In this document: positions 1 to 13,678 of the stretch, piece by piece | Layout of the letters: the number at the start of each line of letters is the position of its first letter | How positions within the stretch are numbered: the stretch's first letter is position 1 | IMG/VR virus record: IMGVR_UViG_3300000228_000007 | Length of the DNA stretch: 64,000 nucleotides | Origin: a virus | Lineage: Duplodnaviria; Heunggongvirae; Uroviricota; Caudoviricetes | Direction: 5' to 3' (one strand) | Translations under genes and position numbers: made by a program | The notes under the pieces: generated by a model | Told to the model about the DNA's origin: nothing | What the model saw: only the letters and a program-made list of their open reading frames with translations | Databases searched by the model: none

Positions 1-993
1 CCAATAACTACGAGTGCAGTAGCAGATCAAAAAATGATAGCTCCTCCTTACTATGGTGATTCAAATATAAAATATAACTATAATAAGACTGATGTAAAAA
101 ATCTATTAAATAAAACATCATGATTATATGAAATTAAGTGTAACGGGGATGCTTTATTAAATAAAATATGATTTAAAGAATTAGTAGGTAAAAAAGTTTC
201 AAATATAACATTTGAACTAAATGGATTAGATGTTAATGCTGATATAAAGAATTGTAATTTAAGTGGTTATAAATCATCTGAGCCGTCAAATACTGATATG
301 ATTACTGAAGAAGATGCTAAAAAAATAGCAAAAAGCTTTGTTAAAAATAAGTTATCAATGTTACAACTTTCATTAGGTGAACCTATAATTATAAATAAAT
401 CAAATTACAACTCTCCAATGTATAAAATCATGGGAAAACGATATTCAAATATGACTATGGAAAACGTTGTTGATGAACCAGAAATTATATCTGATGAAAA
501 CTCTGATATTGAGATTTGAAATGAATATTCTAACGTAGAATTCGTTTTTCCAATATTGATAAATAAAAATAAAGTATATGACCAATATGGTAATATTGTA
601 GGTCTTACATTATCTGTATCATGAAAGAAAGAAGTTACAAATTTTGATACTTCTATGGTATCAGTAAAACTATTAAGTAGAAAAGCTAAAAAATTAACTG
701 AAACTCAATTATATTCATTAATTGATAACTGATGAAATTCTCCATATTACAATTATATCTATAATGAAAATGGAAATGATAATACTTTATATAAAAAAAA
801 TATAAATTTAAATTCTGTAGAAAAAGTATACGTTATGTTTACTTATGACTATAAAGGAAAATCTATTACATATATTAGTAATTGAATACAGTTAAATAGT
901 GATGAAAAACTCCCTTACAATAATTCAAAAACTTATTCTCAAGTAATTTCAGACTATGTAATTTGAAATACTCAAAACACTGTTAGATACTAA
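1..993 (+). CDS. hypothetical protein, 5'-truncated by window edge (TGA=Gly reading)
   Basis: Frame 1 is open from nt 1 to TAA at 991-993 when TGA is read as sense, with several in-frame TGA. No recognisable motif. Confidence 0.45.
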
Positions 994-1260
994 TAAACTA
1001 ATTCAAAAAAATTATGGAGATTTAGAAGAATTGAGATTTAATGTAAAAAAATGTGTGATGGAAATCTTGATTTGTATTTTATTATTTTAATAATTACTTG
1101 TAATTTTGTTTAATTGATAAACATAATAGTAAGGAAAAACTATATTAGTTTAATTATAAAAAATAGCAATTATTAAAGATTTTGTTTTTTTAATTGATTT
1201 TTTAATATTAAAGATTAATATATATAGTAATTTCATTACTTATTAATTAAAATTATAGAT

Positions 1261-1794
1261 ATGAACTCATTAAACGAAGTAAAATTTATTTGAAACATTA
1301 TAAAAGAAAAAAAAAGTAAAACTGAAATATCTTTAGAAGAATTTAGACCTGCAATAATTCCAGAAAAAGATAATTGAAATTTAGTTTTAATTAATAAATG
1401 ATTTAATGATGCTGTTGAATTATCATATTATATTTCAACAAGAACTCGAGATTGAATTATTTTAGAATTAAAAAAAATAGCAGAAAATCTAATTATTCCT
1501 CCAAATTGAAAAACTAAAATAGTAATATCAAATTGATGATATCATTCAATTATATATAAATATAAAAATTCAATTTCAAGAATATGGTATTTTTGATGAT
1601 TTAATCGGTATGATTGAAATAACTTCTTAGCAATATGAGAAGATCAAGGTAATTATAAATCATCTTTGAAAAAAGAAACTTTTCAGAAATCGAATGATTT
1701 ATTATCTGTAAAAAAACAAATAATTAATAATATTCATTTTAATGATTATTTTGAAGATTTTATAAAATATCCGTGATATAATATAAATTACTAA
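1261..1794 (+). CDS. hypothetical protein (~177 aa)
   Basis: ATG at 1261, open to TAA 1792-1794 with in-frame TGA codons. No recognised domain. Confidence 0.45.
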
Positions 1795-2010
1795 TTGTAA
1801 GTTCTTTTTTAATATAAATTATTATTTGTTTAGACTGAATATACTGAAAAAATTGCTGAAATTGTTTTAGAAAACGCTTAATAAAAATTAAACCTGAAAT
1901 AATAAATACGCTTTGTAAAACAATAAAATTGTTATTAACAAGCGTTTTTTAATCTTTAATTATTAATTTTATATATGATAATAAAAAAAACTATAAAATT
2001 CATAATAATT

Positions 2011-3330
2011 ATGATACTATTAATTTTTTCTTTTTCTACTTTTGCTACTTGAAGTATTGAAAATAATACTTGAAGTATTGAAAATAATACTTGAAGTATT
2101 TTTGATATAAATACTCAATTAACATCAACTTGAAAAAGTGATATGAATATTAAGGAATGACTTGAAGAACTAAATAAAAAAAAGAACGAGTTAATAAATG
2201 ATTTAGCCTGAAAAGATGATATTTTTAAAAAAATAGAAAATCTTGAAAATGAAAAAAAGAAAGCAGAATTAAGTATTGATATGTTGGAAAAAATGAACTC
2301 GGAATATCAGTTACAATTAGAAAAAATTAAATTAGAACTAAAAAACATATATAATGATAAAAAAACATTATTAAATAAAATTAGCGAATATAAAGACGCT
2401 ATTTCATTAAATAATCAAGAATTAACAAGGTTAAAAGGGGAAAAAATAAATAATGCTATGATTCTTGAAAATCTTTCAAAAATGAAACTTTCTTTAATTG
2501 ATAAAGAAAATGAAATATTTTTTTGAAAACTAAAAAATATATGAATTATTTTTTGAATTTTGATTTTTATTTTTATAGTTACTGAAATAATATATAATAC
2601 TACACAAAAAGAACTGGATTATTTAAATAATTATTCAAAAAAAATAGCAAGATTAAATATTATAAATGTAATAACGATATTACTATTAATAATTTTATTT
2701 ATATTTTCAGCCTTATACTTGAAACCAGAATTAGCAGTATGATTTTTATTTTTTTGATCAGCATTAATTTTGATATTCAAAGATATAATACTTTCATTCT
2801 TTGCATCAATAATTATATTATTAAATTATGATATAGGGGACGAAATTTGAATAGAGGAACTATGAATTAATATAAAATGAAATTTAGTTAAATTAACACC
2901 TTTGTATATGGTAATGAAAGAATTATGATCTTGAAATTTATGATTTTCTTGAAGAATAATAAAAATACCAAACAAAGCTGTATTTGAAAAATTATTAATC
3001 AAAGAAACTTCAAACTATTCAAAATATTTAAGAGATTCTATCAAAATAATACTTTCTACTAGTAGTTCTTTTGAAAAAACAGAAAACAGAGTAAATTTGA
3101 AAAAACAGATGGATAAGATTAAAGAAATTGAAATATTACTAGAAGAAAGGTTAATAAAAATTCCTTTACAAGAGTTGGGAATCTTTAGTGACTTTAAGGA
3201 TTTGAAATATAAAAAACATTTTTATACAGATAATTCTGGATGTTCCTATGTTGATATTTCTTGGATTTCAAATAAAGAAGAAAGTAATATAATAAAAGAA
3301 AAAATTTTAAATATTTTATTTAATGAATAA
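2011..3330 (+). CDS. MscS-family mechanosensitive channel with N-terminal signal/coiled-coil extension
   Basis: Continuous frame-1 ORF joining track ORFs 2281-2526, 2560-2742 and 3097-3330 through TGA codons. The C-terminal region ...NYDIGDEIGIEELGINIKGNLVKLTPLYMVMKELGSGNLGFSGRIIKIPNKAVFEK... matches the MscS signature (GDxI...G..G.V..I....T.....dG..v.IPN). Hydrophobic TM helices precede it. Confidence 0.65.
2047..2105 (+). repeat. 21-bp imperfect tandem repeat (acttgaagtattgaaaataat x ~2.7) inside the MscS-like gene, encoding TGSIENN repeats
   Basis: Direct visual repeat acttgaagtattgaaaataat acttgaagtattgaaaataat acttgaagtattt. Confidence 0.7.
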
Positions 3331-3400
3331 ATTTATTTGAAATAAATCACTTATGTTATTATTAATATTATTATAATTTAATTTTTAATATAAACTTATT

Positions 3401-4231
3401 ATGATATTTAAAAATCCATCTGAATTATTAAATAAAATAAATTCCTTTGAAATAAACACATCAATATTTGATTTAGCTATTATGGAGTGATATAATTTTG
3501 ACGATATGTATAATAATACAGAATTCATAATATTAGATACTGAAACAACTGGTCTTGTTTGAGAAATTATAGATTTGGGTGCTGTAACTGTAAAGTGAAA
3601 TAAAATCAGAATGAAGAATTGAAAATTTGAAAGTTTTGATTCTGCTATAAAACATATACATGATGTTGATTTTTTTGGTTACTTAATTTTTCCTAAACCT
3701 ATTATTAAAAATGATGGTTCAAAAAAATATGTAATTCCAGAACTTATAACTGAATTGACTCATATTGATTTAGATTTGTTATATAACAATCTTAATAGTT
3801 CTATGCCAAATAAATCTTCTTATGACTTTGTTGGTTGTTTTGATGATTTTATAGATTATGTTGGATGTAGACCTATGGTTGCTCATAATTTTAAATTTGA
3901 TATATGAAGAATAAAAGATGCTTTATGAAACATATATTTAAGAGAAACTTATGAAAGAATAGACCATGAAAAATTAAATAACTTTTTATCATTAGCAACT
4001 ATTGATACATTAAAAGATGCAAAAAAAATATTAAAAGTAAATGATGTTAAAAATCATAAAAATTCCATATTAGCTGGTAAATATTGAGTAGAAGCAAATA
4101 ATTCAATGCTTCATAGAGCTTATTACGATACATTTTTTACTTGATCTGTTTTCTTTTGATTACTACATGACGCTAAAAATGTATTTAATGAACTTGATAG
4201 CATAGTAACTAATATAAATACAAAGATTTAA
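3401..4231 (+). CDS. DnaQ-like DEDDh 3'-5' exonuclease (DNA polymerase III epsilon-like)
   Basis: Exo I motif FIILDTETTGL, Exo II AHNFKFD, Exo III HRAYYD, in canonical order. ORF is open with TGA as sense. Confidence 0.75.
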
Positions 4232-4250
4232 TATTTAATTTAATAAAATT

Positions 4251-5303
4251 ATGAAAGATTTACATATACTTGGAAATAGTATTGCTATAATAGGACGTAA
4301 AAGGATATGAAAAAATTTCTTTGCTTGACGCTTAGCTAAAGTATTATACGAAAACTGAATAGAAGAATTAACTGAAATAAGCATTGCATATTCATTAAAA
4401 AATTATTCTCATAAACCACAAGATTTTGAAAATGATAATTTTGATTATAATTACTTAATGATAGATTATGTTAATTTTATAAAAGAAATTATTTATAGAA
4501 ATTGAAGTATTCAATTATCGGATTTATACATGTTTTCGAATCAACTTTGAATGAATATTTGTAAAATGGTAGAGTCACAAATATCATATTATGGTTATGA
4601 ATTATTAACAGATTCGGAAAAGATGGAATTGATTGAATATTTTAAAACTTTAGAAGGGTATAGAACAAGACTATCTTTACAAACCTTTTGAGATAATATA
4701 AAATTAAAAACAAATGATCCGTTTATATTAACAACAATGTTATTAGATTGAATAAAGCTAAATAAATATGCTCCAATTGTAGGATATATAAATACTGATA
4801 CCCGTTTTATATCAGAATTAATAGATTTTATAATTGAATGATTTTATATTATATTGCTTGAAAATATTGATCTGAATAGAGAAGCACCCTGGTGAGAACA
4901 TGTTTCAGAAATAGAACTATGATTTTCAGAACTTAAAGTTTGACAAATTATAGATATTAAAGGTCCAGAAAATGGTGAAATAATAGATGGTATTAAAAGA
5001 ATACCTATATCTGAATTTGATAATAAAATACAAAAAATAATACCTCATTTATTATCTTTTAGATGATATTCAAAAGAAGATATTGATGAAATCAAAAAAA
5101 TTAAAGAGTTCTTAAAAAATTGATGATATAATTTTTTTGATTTACAAAAACAATTAATGAAAGCTTTTGTTTCTTATAAAAACGTAGATTCTTCTGAATA
5201 TGAAAAAAATCTTGAGAATTTAATAGATATATATAATTATTATAGTATAGCGAGATATGATGTTTTAAGTAAAATAAACAACATATTGGTAAAATATTAC
5301 TAA
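4251..5303 (+). CDS. hypothetical protein (~350 aa)
   Basis: ATG 4251 to TAA 5301-5303, with many in-frame TGA. No recognised motif. Confidence 0.45.
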
Positions 5304-5316
5304 TAATTTATTATAT

Positions 5317-5958
5317 ATGAAAAAAGACTTTATAGTTTTTGAATGAATTGATTGAAGCTGAAAAGATACACAAATGATGTTGTTTATTGAAAAGCTTAAA
5401 AAATTTAATAAGTATGAACAAATATTAATCACAAGAGATCCATCAAATACTACTAAATCATGAAATCAAATAGCTCAGTCACTGTTAAATGGTTGATTTA
5501 AATCACCAAATGAAACACTTGAATTATATGTTAGTGATAGAATTGAGCGTTCGTCAATATATGAAAATATAATAAAATATGCTACTATAGTAGCATCAAG
5601 ATATGATTTATCAACATATGCATATCAATGAATACAATGATTCTCTTATGATGAAGTATTTGATTTTCATCAAAAAAAAGCAATAGACTTAGAATGATTT
5701 TTATTTGAACCAAATATCACTTTTCTTTTTGATATATCTCCCGAATTAGTTATGGAAAGAATATCTTTAAGATGAGAAAAAAAAGAAGCTTTTGAAACAT
5801 TAGAGCAGTTAAGTAAGGCAAGAGATAAATATTTAGATGCTATAAAATATTTAAGTGAAAAAACTTGAAGAAAGACTATAATAATAGATGCTTCAAAATC
5901 AATAGAAGAAGTTTCTAATAGTGTATGGGATGAATTTTTAAAGATAAAGTTAAAATAA
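5317..5958 (+). CDS. tmk: thymidylate kinase
   Basis: N-terminus MKKDFIVFEGIDGSGKDTQ is the classic Tmk P-loop. All three P-loop glycines are TGA codons (5344-46, 5353-55, 5359-61). LID/DRx-like region follows. A hairpin follows the stop. Confidence 0.85.
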
Positions 5959-6065
5959 AGACTCTTGAAAAGGAGTCTTTATTATAGTAACGTAAAAATA
6001 AAACTTGATTTTACATACAAATTTTTTATTTAATAATTAAAAAATTATTTATTAAATACTAATTT

Positions 6066-6677
6066 ATGGCAGTTAGAATTATTTCATTTTTATTATGAAT
6101 AATAGTCGGAATAAGTTTTTTCATTTATGATGAGATTGTTAAGAAAAAAATGTTTATAAATGAAACAAATATTATAAATGAAAATGTTATTCAAAATCTT
6201 GAAAAAAAGAAACAAGAAAATTACACAAAACAAATAGAAGTAGAAAAGGCTTTTTTATTAAAGAGTTTATGAAATCAAACGAAACCTGTGGATAAAAAAC
6301 TTATTATATATGATAATATGTTAAGTTTTGAAAACTTATATAAATCAGTATTGTCAAATACATGATTTTTTGAAAAAAGTAAGCGTTCTGATTTTATAAT
6401 CAGTATTGAATATATAAATTTGGAAAAATTAAAAAAAGAATTATTAAAAAGTAAAATAATTTTTGGTTGAAATAATACTGATATTGTATTATGAATACCA
6501 AAGAGTATATCATGTGATATGTTTAAAATAAAATCTCCATGTTATCATTATGAAAGTAATGGTAATTCAGATATAGTATTTAATAATAATGAAGTATTTA
6601 TTATTAGAGGAAATAAGGAATATTCACAAGAAGAAGCTTTGAAAATAATAGATTGAACGAAGCCGTTAGATTTATAA
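6066..6677 (+). CDS. hypothetical membrane-anchored protein
   Basis: N-terminal hydrophobic helix (ISFLLGIIVGISFFIY). Open to TAA 6675-6677. Confidence 0.45.
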
Positions 6678-6703
6678 AAAAATATTATTTAAAAATTTTA
6701 TTT

Positions 6704-7030
6704 ATGAAACAAAGTGATTGAACTATAGAAAATAAATACATAAAAAAAATACAATACTCATTATTTTATAATTATTTTACAGTAATTATAATGGCATGAT
6801 GAAGTTTAGGATTGTCTTTCTTTTTTGATATGAATATACAAATAATGCTATTTGGTATTGCACCAATAATTTTATTTATACTTATATTTATCAAAAGAAA
6901 TTCCAATATAATAACATCGGTATGAATATATAAATATTCTGAAATATTTATGGAAATATTAAAAAGTGTCCTTATTAAAAAAAAAGATATTAACCAATTA
7001 AAAGTTTTATGGAAACAAAAGACACGTTAA
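6704..7030 (+). CDS. small hypothetical membrane protein (~108 aa)
   Basis: Two predicted TM helices. ATG 6704 to TAA 7028-7030. Confidence 0.4.
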
Positions 7031-7065
7031 AAATTTGAAAGGTTTTAACTTTCTTCGTTATTATA

Positions 7066-8283
7066 ATGTTCCTAAATTATATATTTGGGAGTTTATTTGA
7101 TCTTAAGATTATTTGATATTTTAATTCCGAAATTAAATCGTTTATTACAGACTCAGAAGTCTTAAAATTATTTTCTTTGTTGTTCTATCTATTGTATGTA
7201 ATGATATATGCAATATTTGTTACATGAATATTATATAGAATTTTTTCAGTTTGAAAATGGTTTGTATTAATACATTTAAATTCATTATTAATATTGCTTT
7301 TAGTATCAAGTTTTTTATGGATAAATTGACTGTCATTAACTTATCCCTGAAATTACTTAAAAATAATGCCATTTATCAGTATAGGTAGTTTATTATTTTT
7401 TTGAATAATAAACTGAAAACTTTCATTATTTGTTGATAATAATATTAACGATACATGATTAATAAATTCTATAAAATGAGATATCAAATATTCAAAATGA
7501 GAAGCTAAATGATTTTTTCAAAGTATAAAAGATGTTTTACAAGATAAATCAAATACGGTTGATATCAGATATAAAGATGAAAATGAAAACAATAATGTAG
7601 ATATTATGACACAACCTAATGTTTTCCAATCAAGGTTTAATAATATGGATATGTTTAGTAATGACGATAAAAAAGGTATAATAGATAATGATTATATAGA
7701 ACTTCTTTGAGATTGAGAAACCAAAGATAATATAAAATTAAAAGAGATAGATAATTTTGATATTAAACCAAAAGATATAAAAGGTCTTCTTAAAGAAAAT
7801 AGAGAAAGAATAATTAATCCAAGTTCTAACGGTGTGTATAAAGATATTGTTGAAAATCCATTTGAAAATATTAATGATTTGAATGATATTAATAATTTTT
7901 GAATTGATATTAAAGAAACTGAAAGTCCTGATATTGATACTGATTATATAGATATAAATGAAATAGAGGAAGATGATTATATAGAGGATAATTTCAATGA
8001 TGAGTATGGTAATCAATTTTCAAACACAATAAATACTGTTAATAGAGGTTTCCAGCAAGAAGAAATTTGAGAAAATGTGTTAATAAATGATGGTTGAGAT
8101 AAAAATGAAACTTGAAAATTATCTACAATGGAGATATTACAATCATTAGGATGATCTATTGAAACTATAAAGAAAAATGATGAAAATACACTGCAAAATA
8201 TAGACCAAGAAAAATATTATGTAACTTGATTTATTACAAATAGTGAACAAGCCGTATTAACTGACTTAATAAAGAAATTATAA
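7066..8283 (+). CDS. hypothetical polytopic membrane protein with acidic D/E/N-rich C-terminal region
   Basis: Continuous ORF with TGA sense. Multiple hydrophobic helices are followed by a low-complexity acidic tail. The opposite-strand track ORF 7738-8016 is judged spurious. Confidence 0.45.
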
Positions 8284-8299
8284 ATTAAAACTTTAAAAT

Positions 8300-9391
8300 A
8301 TGAAGTTGAAAATTAAAACTTTAAAATATTATATAGCTATTCGATTAATAATGGTATTAAATATATCATTGTTTTTAAGTGTTTTTGCTAATACATATTT
8401 ACCTAATCTTGACGAATATAGAGGTGTTAAAGAGTATATTATTGAGAAACCATATAAAGAGTATAAAAGTAATGTTATTCAAAATACTATCGAGAGTGAT
8501 TTTAGTCAATGAACAGAAGTACTATCTTGACAAGTTCAAGTTAAAACAGTTTTTGATTTTTATGCTGATAAAAGAGCTGAAAGAATAGAAAGTATAAAGA
8601 ATACTTTAATAGAGAGTATTAAAAATAAAGATCCTATAAAGACTTGATATGATCCTATTGATACAATGATTACAAAACTTGAATCTCCTTGAAAATATTT
8701 TGTAATCAAAACCGAGGGTGATGTTATACCTATAAATGAAGACTTAGTTTTATACCTATTTGATTATAAAATAGTTTGAAAAGATGAATTTATAGAAAAG
8801 GTAAAATCACAAATATTAAACTTAAATGCTACTGCAAAAAAAGAGAAAATGTCATTAGATGAAACAAACGAAGACTTAAAAAATATTATTAAAACACTTG
8901 ATAATTATAAAATAAAATATAAAAGAATTTCAAAATCAATAGATTGATCTTTTTATATATGAAAATGAAATTGATTAAAAGTTGAGGGGAAGGAACAATT
9001 TTTTATAAATAAAATATTTACTACACCTGAATTAAAAGAACAGATTGATAAAAATAATAATAAAATAGTGTATTTTTGGACATTTGTATCAAATGATGAA
9101 TTAAAAACTAAGTATTACAGTGAAAATAATGGTATTTGATATGATGTTTTCGTAAAAATACTTTGAGATCCTATTTTTGCCTGAAATATAAAAAATGAAC
9201 AAAAAATATACCAATCATCACTATATTCATCAAAAAAAGATATTTTCATTTATAATATTGAAAAAAATAAATACGAATATTTTATTATAATAATACTATT
9301 TGTATTTTGAAATATATTAGGAACTTATTTAACATTTAACTTTGTTAATAACTTTAAAAATAACTTTAAAAAAACTCCTGAAGAATTGTAA
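8300..9391 (+). CDS. hypothetical secreted / C-terminally anchored protein (~364 aa)
   Basis: Signal-peptide-like N-terminus (IAIRLIMVLNISLFLSVFA) and a C-terminal TM helix. Track ORF 8300-8512 is extended through TGA. Confidence 0.45.
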
Positions 9392-9417
9392 AATTAACTA
9401 TATAACTTTATAATATT

Positions 9418-9849
9418 ATGATAGAAATGTTTAAATCTTGAGATTATGGTTCAATATTACTACAAGTAATAGATTTTTTTACGAAGTTTATTGCATATAC
9501 ATATGACTATTTGTATATAATCTTTTTGAAATATGCTATATTTATAGTAGAACATTACATAATATTCTTTTCATTAAGTATTCCATTAAGTTTATTTTTT
9601 TATTATATAAATAATAAAATGACTTTTCGAGAACGTTCATTTTTTTGATATTTTTTTACTTTTTTATTTAATCCTATTACTCTAATATTATATTTTATAA
9701 TATTTTTAAATATTTTTTTTGAAAAATTTATTTATTATAAGTTATTTGGAGTTAATTATTTGCTTGATTTACCAAGAAAAAAACGTGATTATGTTTTGGA
9801 AACAAAATATAGAAAAAATTTACAATCAAGAGACATAACCTTAAATTAA
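9418..9849 (+). CDS. small hypothetical membrane protein
   Basis: ATG 9418 to TAA 9847-9849, verified codon by codon. Very hydrophobic. Confidence 0.4.
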
Positions 9850-9867
9850 CAATTAATATAATAAAAT

Positions 9868-12270
9868 ATGCCAAGTCAAAAAGTAAAAACATTCTTTGAG
9901 GAAAATAATATAGTAAAATGAGTATGAAAAGAGAATCAATATTCATTATCAGTTATTTGTAATAATCCTAACCTTTGATGAAAAGGTGTCTTTTATATTG
10001 AAGATGTTGGTTGAATATGACAAAATAAAATGCATAAATATCTTATCAATCAAGATGTAAAAATGACAGCCAAAATCTTTTTTAAAACAAATAAGGTTGA
10101 TTTTTCAAAATTTGACTGATATATGTGAATTGACATTGAAACATGAGAACCTTTTGCTGTAAATTTTATAAAACAATTACATACATTAATTGGTTGAGCT
10201 ACTGGTTCAGGAAAATCAGTTACTTTATATTTCATATTATATCAATTATTTTCAAATCCATATACTGAACTATATATTCTTGATAAAAATGATTTTTCTT
10301 TTCTTGCTTGAACTAAAAAAGTTATTTATCGTGGTTCAGCATTAGAAGTAAACGGAAAAGCATTTTTTTGATTTATACGTTATTTTTGGCTTGAACAAGA
10401 TAGAAGAAATAAGATTTTTAGAAGATACTGAGCTCGTGATTGGGCTGAATATTCAGCTAATGTAATGTGACAAGTTGAATGAGCACCAATTTTAAATTAT
10501 ATATATATCATAATGGACGAGTATCAAACATTGAGAAAAATGGTTTCTGATACTATTGGAGAAGATAAATTTGATAACGAAATGAAAAAATTACTGGATA
10601 CCGTTCGTGCGGCATGAATGTGTTTTTTCTTTGGTTCTCAAGATTATCAAAAGAAACAAATTTGAGATATGAGAGATTCTATTAGAAATAGTTTTTTTGG
10701 TAAAATGTGATATTGTGATGTATTAAATGGAAAAGAATTAAACAATATTAAGTTAAATATAGAATGAACATATTTATTTTATCATTCTTTAACAAAAAAA
10801 TTTTTAAAGATACCTTTTGTTGAAGATACAACTAATACATTAGTTGCTATGTCAAACGATCCTGCATTTAGAATTAAGGATAATGTAAATTACCTTACGA
10901 TACATGAAATGCTAAATGACCTCCTTGATGAAGCTGATTCTGATATATTTTATGATATTGAAGGGCTTGTCTCATATTTACAATTAAAACCAATGTATAT
11001 TGAAAAATTAAAAAAAACATCTGATTACCTTTCTTTTATGGTATTAATATACATATTATGACGTTGAATTCAATGATGAACTATGAATAGAACTTTTAAT
11101 ATATTTTCACAAATTAACTTTGAAAAAGAAATAGATCAACAACTTTTCGTAGCAATTGATTTTTTCAAAAAAGAAGATAAATTCTTAAAACTATTAACTG
11201 AAACTTTTGAAGCATCATGAGACGAAGAAGAGTTTATTGAAAAATTATCAGATGTATTAAATAATTATTTGAAGCATATTCTTTGAGATACTAGAATTTC
11301 TTTTACAAAATGAGATAATACACTACTTGTAAAGAAAGAATTAACACCAGAACAATCTTTATTGAAAGAAAAAGCTATATTGGAAGTTTCCTACTCTTGA
11401 GAGATAAAACCACAATCAGTAAACTCTATGTATTTTATTGATAAAAACGATAATTTTAGAAAATCATCATCTGCTGATAATTATGAGGATAAATTAAAAA
11501 ACCTTATAGTTCAAAGAATGCAAAGCCGTGAAATTAACCAATATTCGGAAAAAGTGATTCTTGATATTGGTTTTGAAGTTGAACTTTCGGAAAAGAAAGA
11601 TGGTAATTTATCTTGAAAATGAAGACTTGACTTAGATAATTTAATGAAAGCTACTATTGATAGTATAAGTAAGACTATAATAAAAGATGATAACTTAGTA
11701 TATGCTATTAAAGCAAAAATAACATACAAACCAAAATCTGATTCTATATTAACTAAAAATAATAAAGTCATAATAAAAGTATATCCATACGATAATGAAG
11801 TATTAAGTATATTTGAAAATTCTTATTCTTGAGAAAACTTTGTAAAAAGAGACGATTTTAATTTTATATTGCCTTTAGATAGTAATATTACCATACCATC
11901 ATTTAATTCAATGTATAATATTTTAGGGGGTAAAAAAGTAGCTTCTCCGAATGCTACTACTTATAAAAGAATGGTTAAAGATGCTTTTATTAAAGATAAT
12001 GGATTTTCTGAGCCTACAAAATCAAGTATGGCATTACTATGAACTATAGGAGTTTATAATGATAAAGAAAGAGATCTTGATAATATGTTAAAAGCAACAA
12101 TAGATTCATTTACATGAACCGTATATATTGATGATAAACAAATTTTAGAATTTTTTATAAAAAAGAAACATATTAATGGTAATGCTGGAACATTAGAACT
12201 AAGTTTCTTTGAAATAAACAATGATACTAAACATTTAGTTAAAAGAAAAGAATCTAATAATGAAAATTAA
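9868..12270 (+). CDS. FtsK/SpoIIIE-HerA-type P-loop ATPase fused to two tandem RusA-like Holliday-junction resolvase domains (~800 aa)
   Basis: Walker A LIGGATGSGKSVTLYFILYQL and Walker B YIIMDEYQTL resemble FtsK-like DNA translocases. The C-terminal third carries two copies of the RusA signature: GRLDLDNLMKATIDSI...DDNLV and RDLDNMLKATIDSF...DDKQI (DxDNxxKxxxD...DD). The frame is continuous through track ORFs 10849-11061, 11428-11616 and 11644-11832. Confidence 0.65.
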
Positions 12271-12305
12271 ATGTATCAGAAAATAATTAATAAATAATAA
12301 ATAAT

Positions 12306-13067
12306 ATGTTTAAAGTTATATGAAATAAAATTATTTCTTCCGACTGGCATTTGTTTCATAAAAATATTTTACTATATGAATTTGAATATAGAAAGAAATA
12401 TTTGAAATGAACGATTTTAGAAAATATAAATTCTGTAGAAGAATTAGAGTTAGAATATAAAAAATATGCTGAATTAGAAAAAAACGGTTGAAATTATGAA
12501 ATAGAAAAAGCAATAGATAAAGCAACTGAAAATTTTTTATTGGATGTTATTGACGCTTTACTATCTATTGATTTATCAAAAATAGATGAATATTATAATT
12601 TAGGTGATTTTTTATTTAATCCTAATGAATTAAGATTGCAAAAAATAAAGTCTAAACCTTATAATATGCTAATTAATAACATAAATGAAATCTTAGATTT
12701 TTATCATATAAAAAAGTTTTTTTGCATTTGAAATCATGACCTACCAAAAAAAGTAAATGAAAAAAATAAAGAATTAATAAAAGAATCTGATATTTATAAA
12801 TATTTAAATTCAATATTTGATGATATTTTTGATTATAAAATAGTTTGAACTGAAATATTCTCACATATGCCTCTTTGAGTACAATATTCAAAATATACAT
12901 CTTGAAGTTATCATATGGAAATTGATAAATACCTTATTGATATAATTAAACACTCTAATCAATGAGAAGTTATAACATGTTATCATGGTCACACTCACTC
13001 AAGTGATCCTAATATAATACTCGATGGAATTAAATATATTAATTGTAGTGTTGAAAAAAACTTATAA
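12306..13067 (+). CDS. metallophosphoesterase (calcineurin-like phosphoesterase, YfcE/MJ0936-like)
   Basis: N-terminal IISSDWHLFH (DxH motif) and C-terminal GHTHS motif. Confidence 0.6.
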
Positions 13068-13137
13068 TTTTTTTTGATTAATTTTAAATTAATTCAATAG
13101 TAATAGTTACTCACTTTAATTATTAATACCACATTTA

Positions 13138-13392
13138 ATGAAGAAAATAGCACTTCGTGATTGGCATAATGCCATAGTTAAAATATATGAAGTTGATGAT
13201 AATTATGATTTGTCAATTCTTGAAAAAATTAATGATAGTATTCACTCAATAGAGGAAATATCAGATTTAGAAATTCAAGAACTCTATGAAGAACTTGATT
13301 TTTCAGAGTTATCTTGTACTGATGAAAATATTAATTTTATTATAAGAAGTAAATTAGAGTGATTATATGATTGATATTTTTGATTTTAATTA
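13138..13392 (+). CDS. small acidic hypothetical protein
   Basis: Track ORF 13138-13362 extended through TGA to TAA 13390-13392. Confidence 0.35.
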
Positions 13393-13410
13393 TTATATAA
13401 ATATAATATT

Positions 13411-13608
13411 ATGGATGAAATATTTAACATAAAATGAGAAAGAAGAGAGCAGAAAAGAAAAACTCAAAATCAGAAATGGGTAATTCATAAAACCCTTTGA
13501 GTAGTAAGAAACAGGATTGGTAAAAAGAAAATGGACTTGCTTTATTGAAAAGCTGATAAATATTGAAAAAGAACAAAACCAAAAAGTAATAAAGACAAAC
13601 AAGAATAA
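13411..13608 (+). CDS. small basic (K/R-rich) hypothetical protein
   Basis: ATG 13411 to TAA 13606-13608, 65 codons, highly basic. Confidence 0.3.
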
Positions 13609-13626
13609 TTTTTAAATTGATTTTTT

Positions 13627-13678
13627 ATAAAATCCGTATATATAATTTATATTAACTTATAATTAAATACGGATTTTA
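13627..13678. promoter_or_regulatory. perfect 13-bp inverted repeat ataaaatccgtat / atacggattttat; the right arm abuts the ATG of the SPFH gene
   Basis: Exact reverse complement read directly. Right arm 13666-13678, start codon 13678-13680. Confidence 0.45.

Noticed and set aside
7738-8016. Standard-code track ORFs on the opposite strand of code-25 genes (7738-8016, 14241-14540, 11511-11771, 60813-61178, 32069-32263, 44503-44697)
   Set aside because: Low-complexity, I/F/L-rich antisense translations lying fully inside well-supported TGA-containing genes. Judged spurious.
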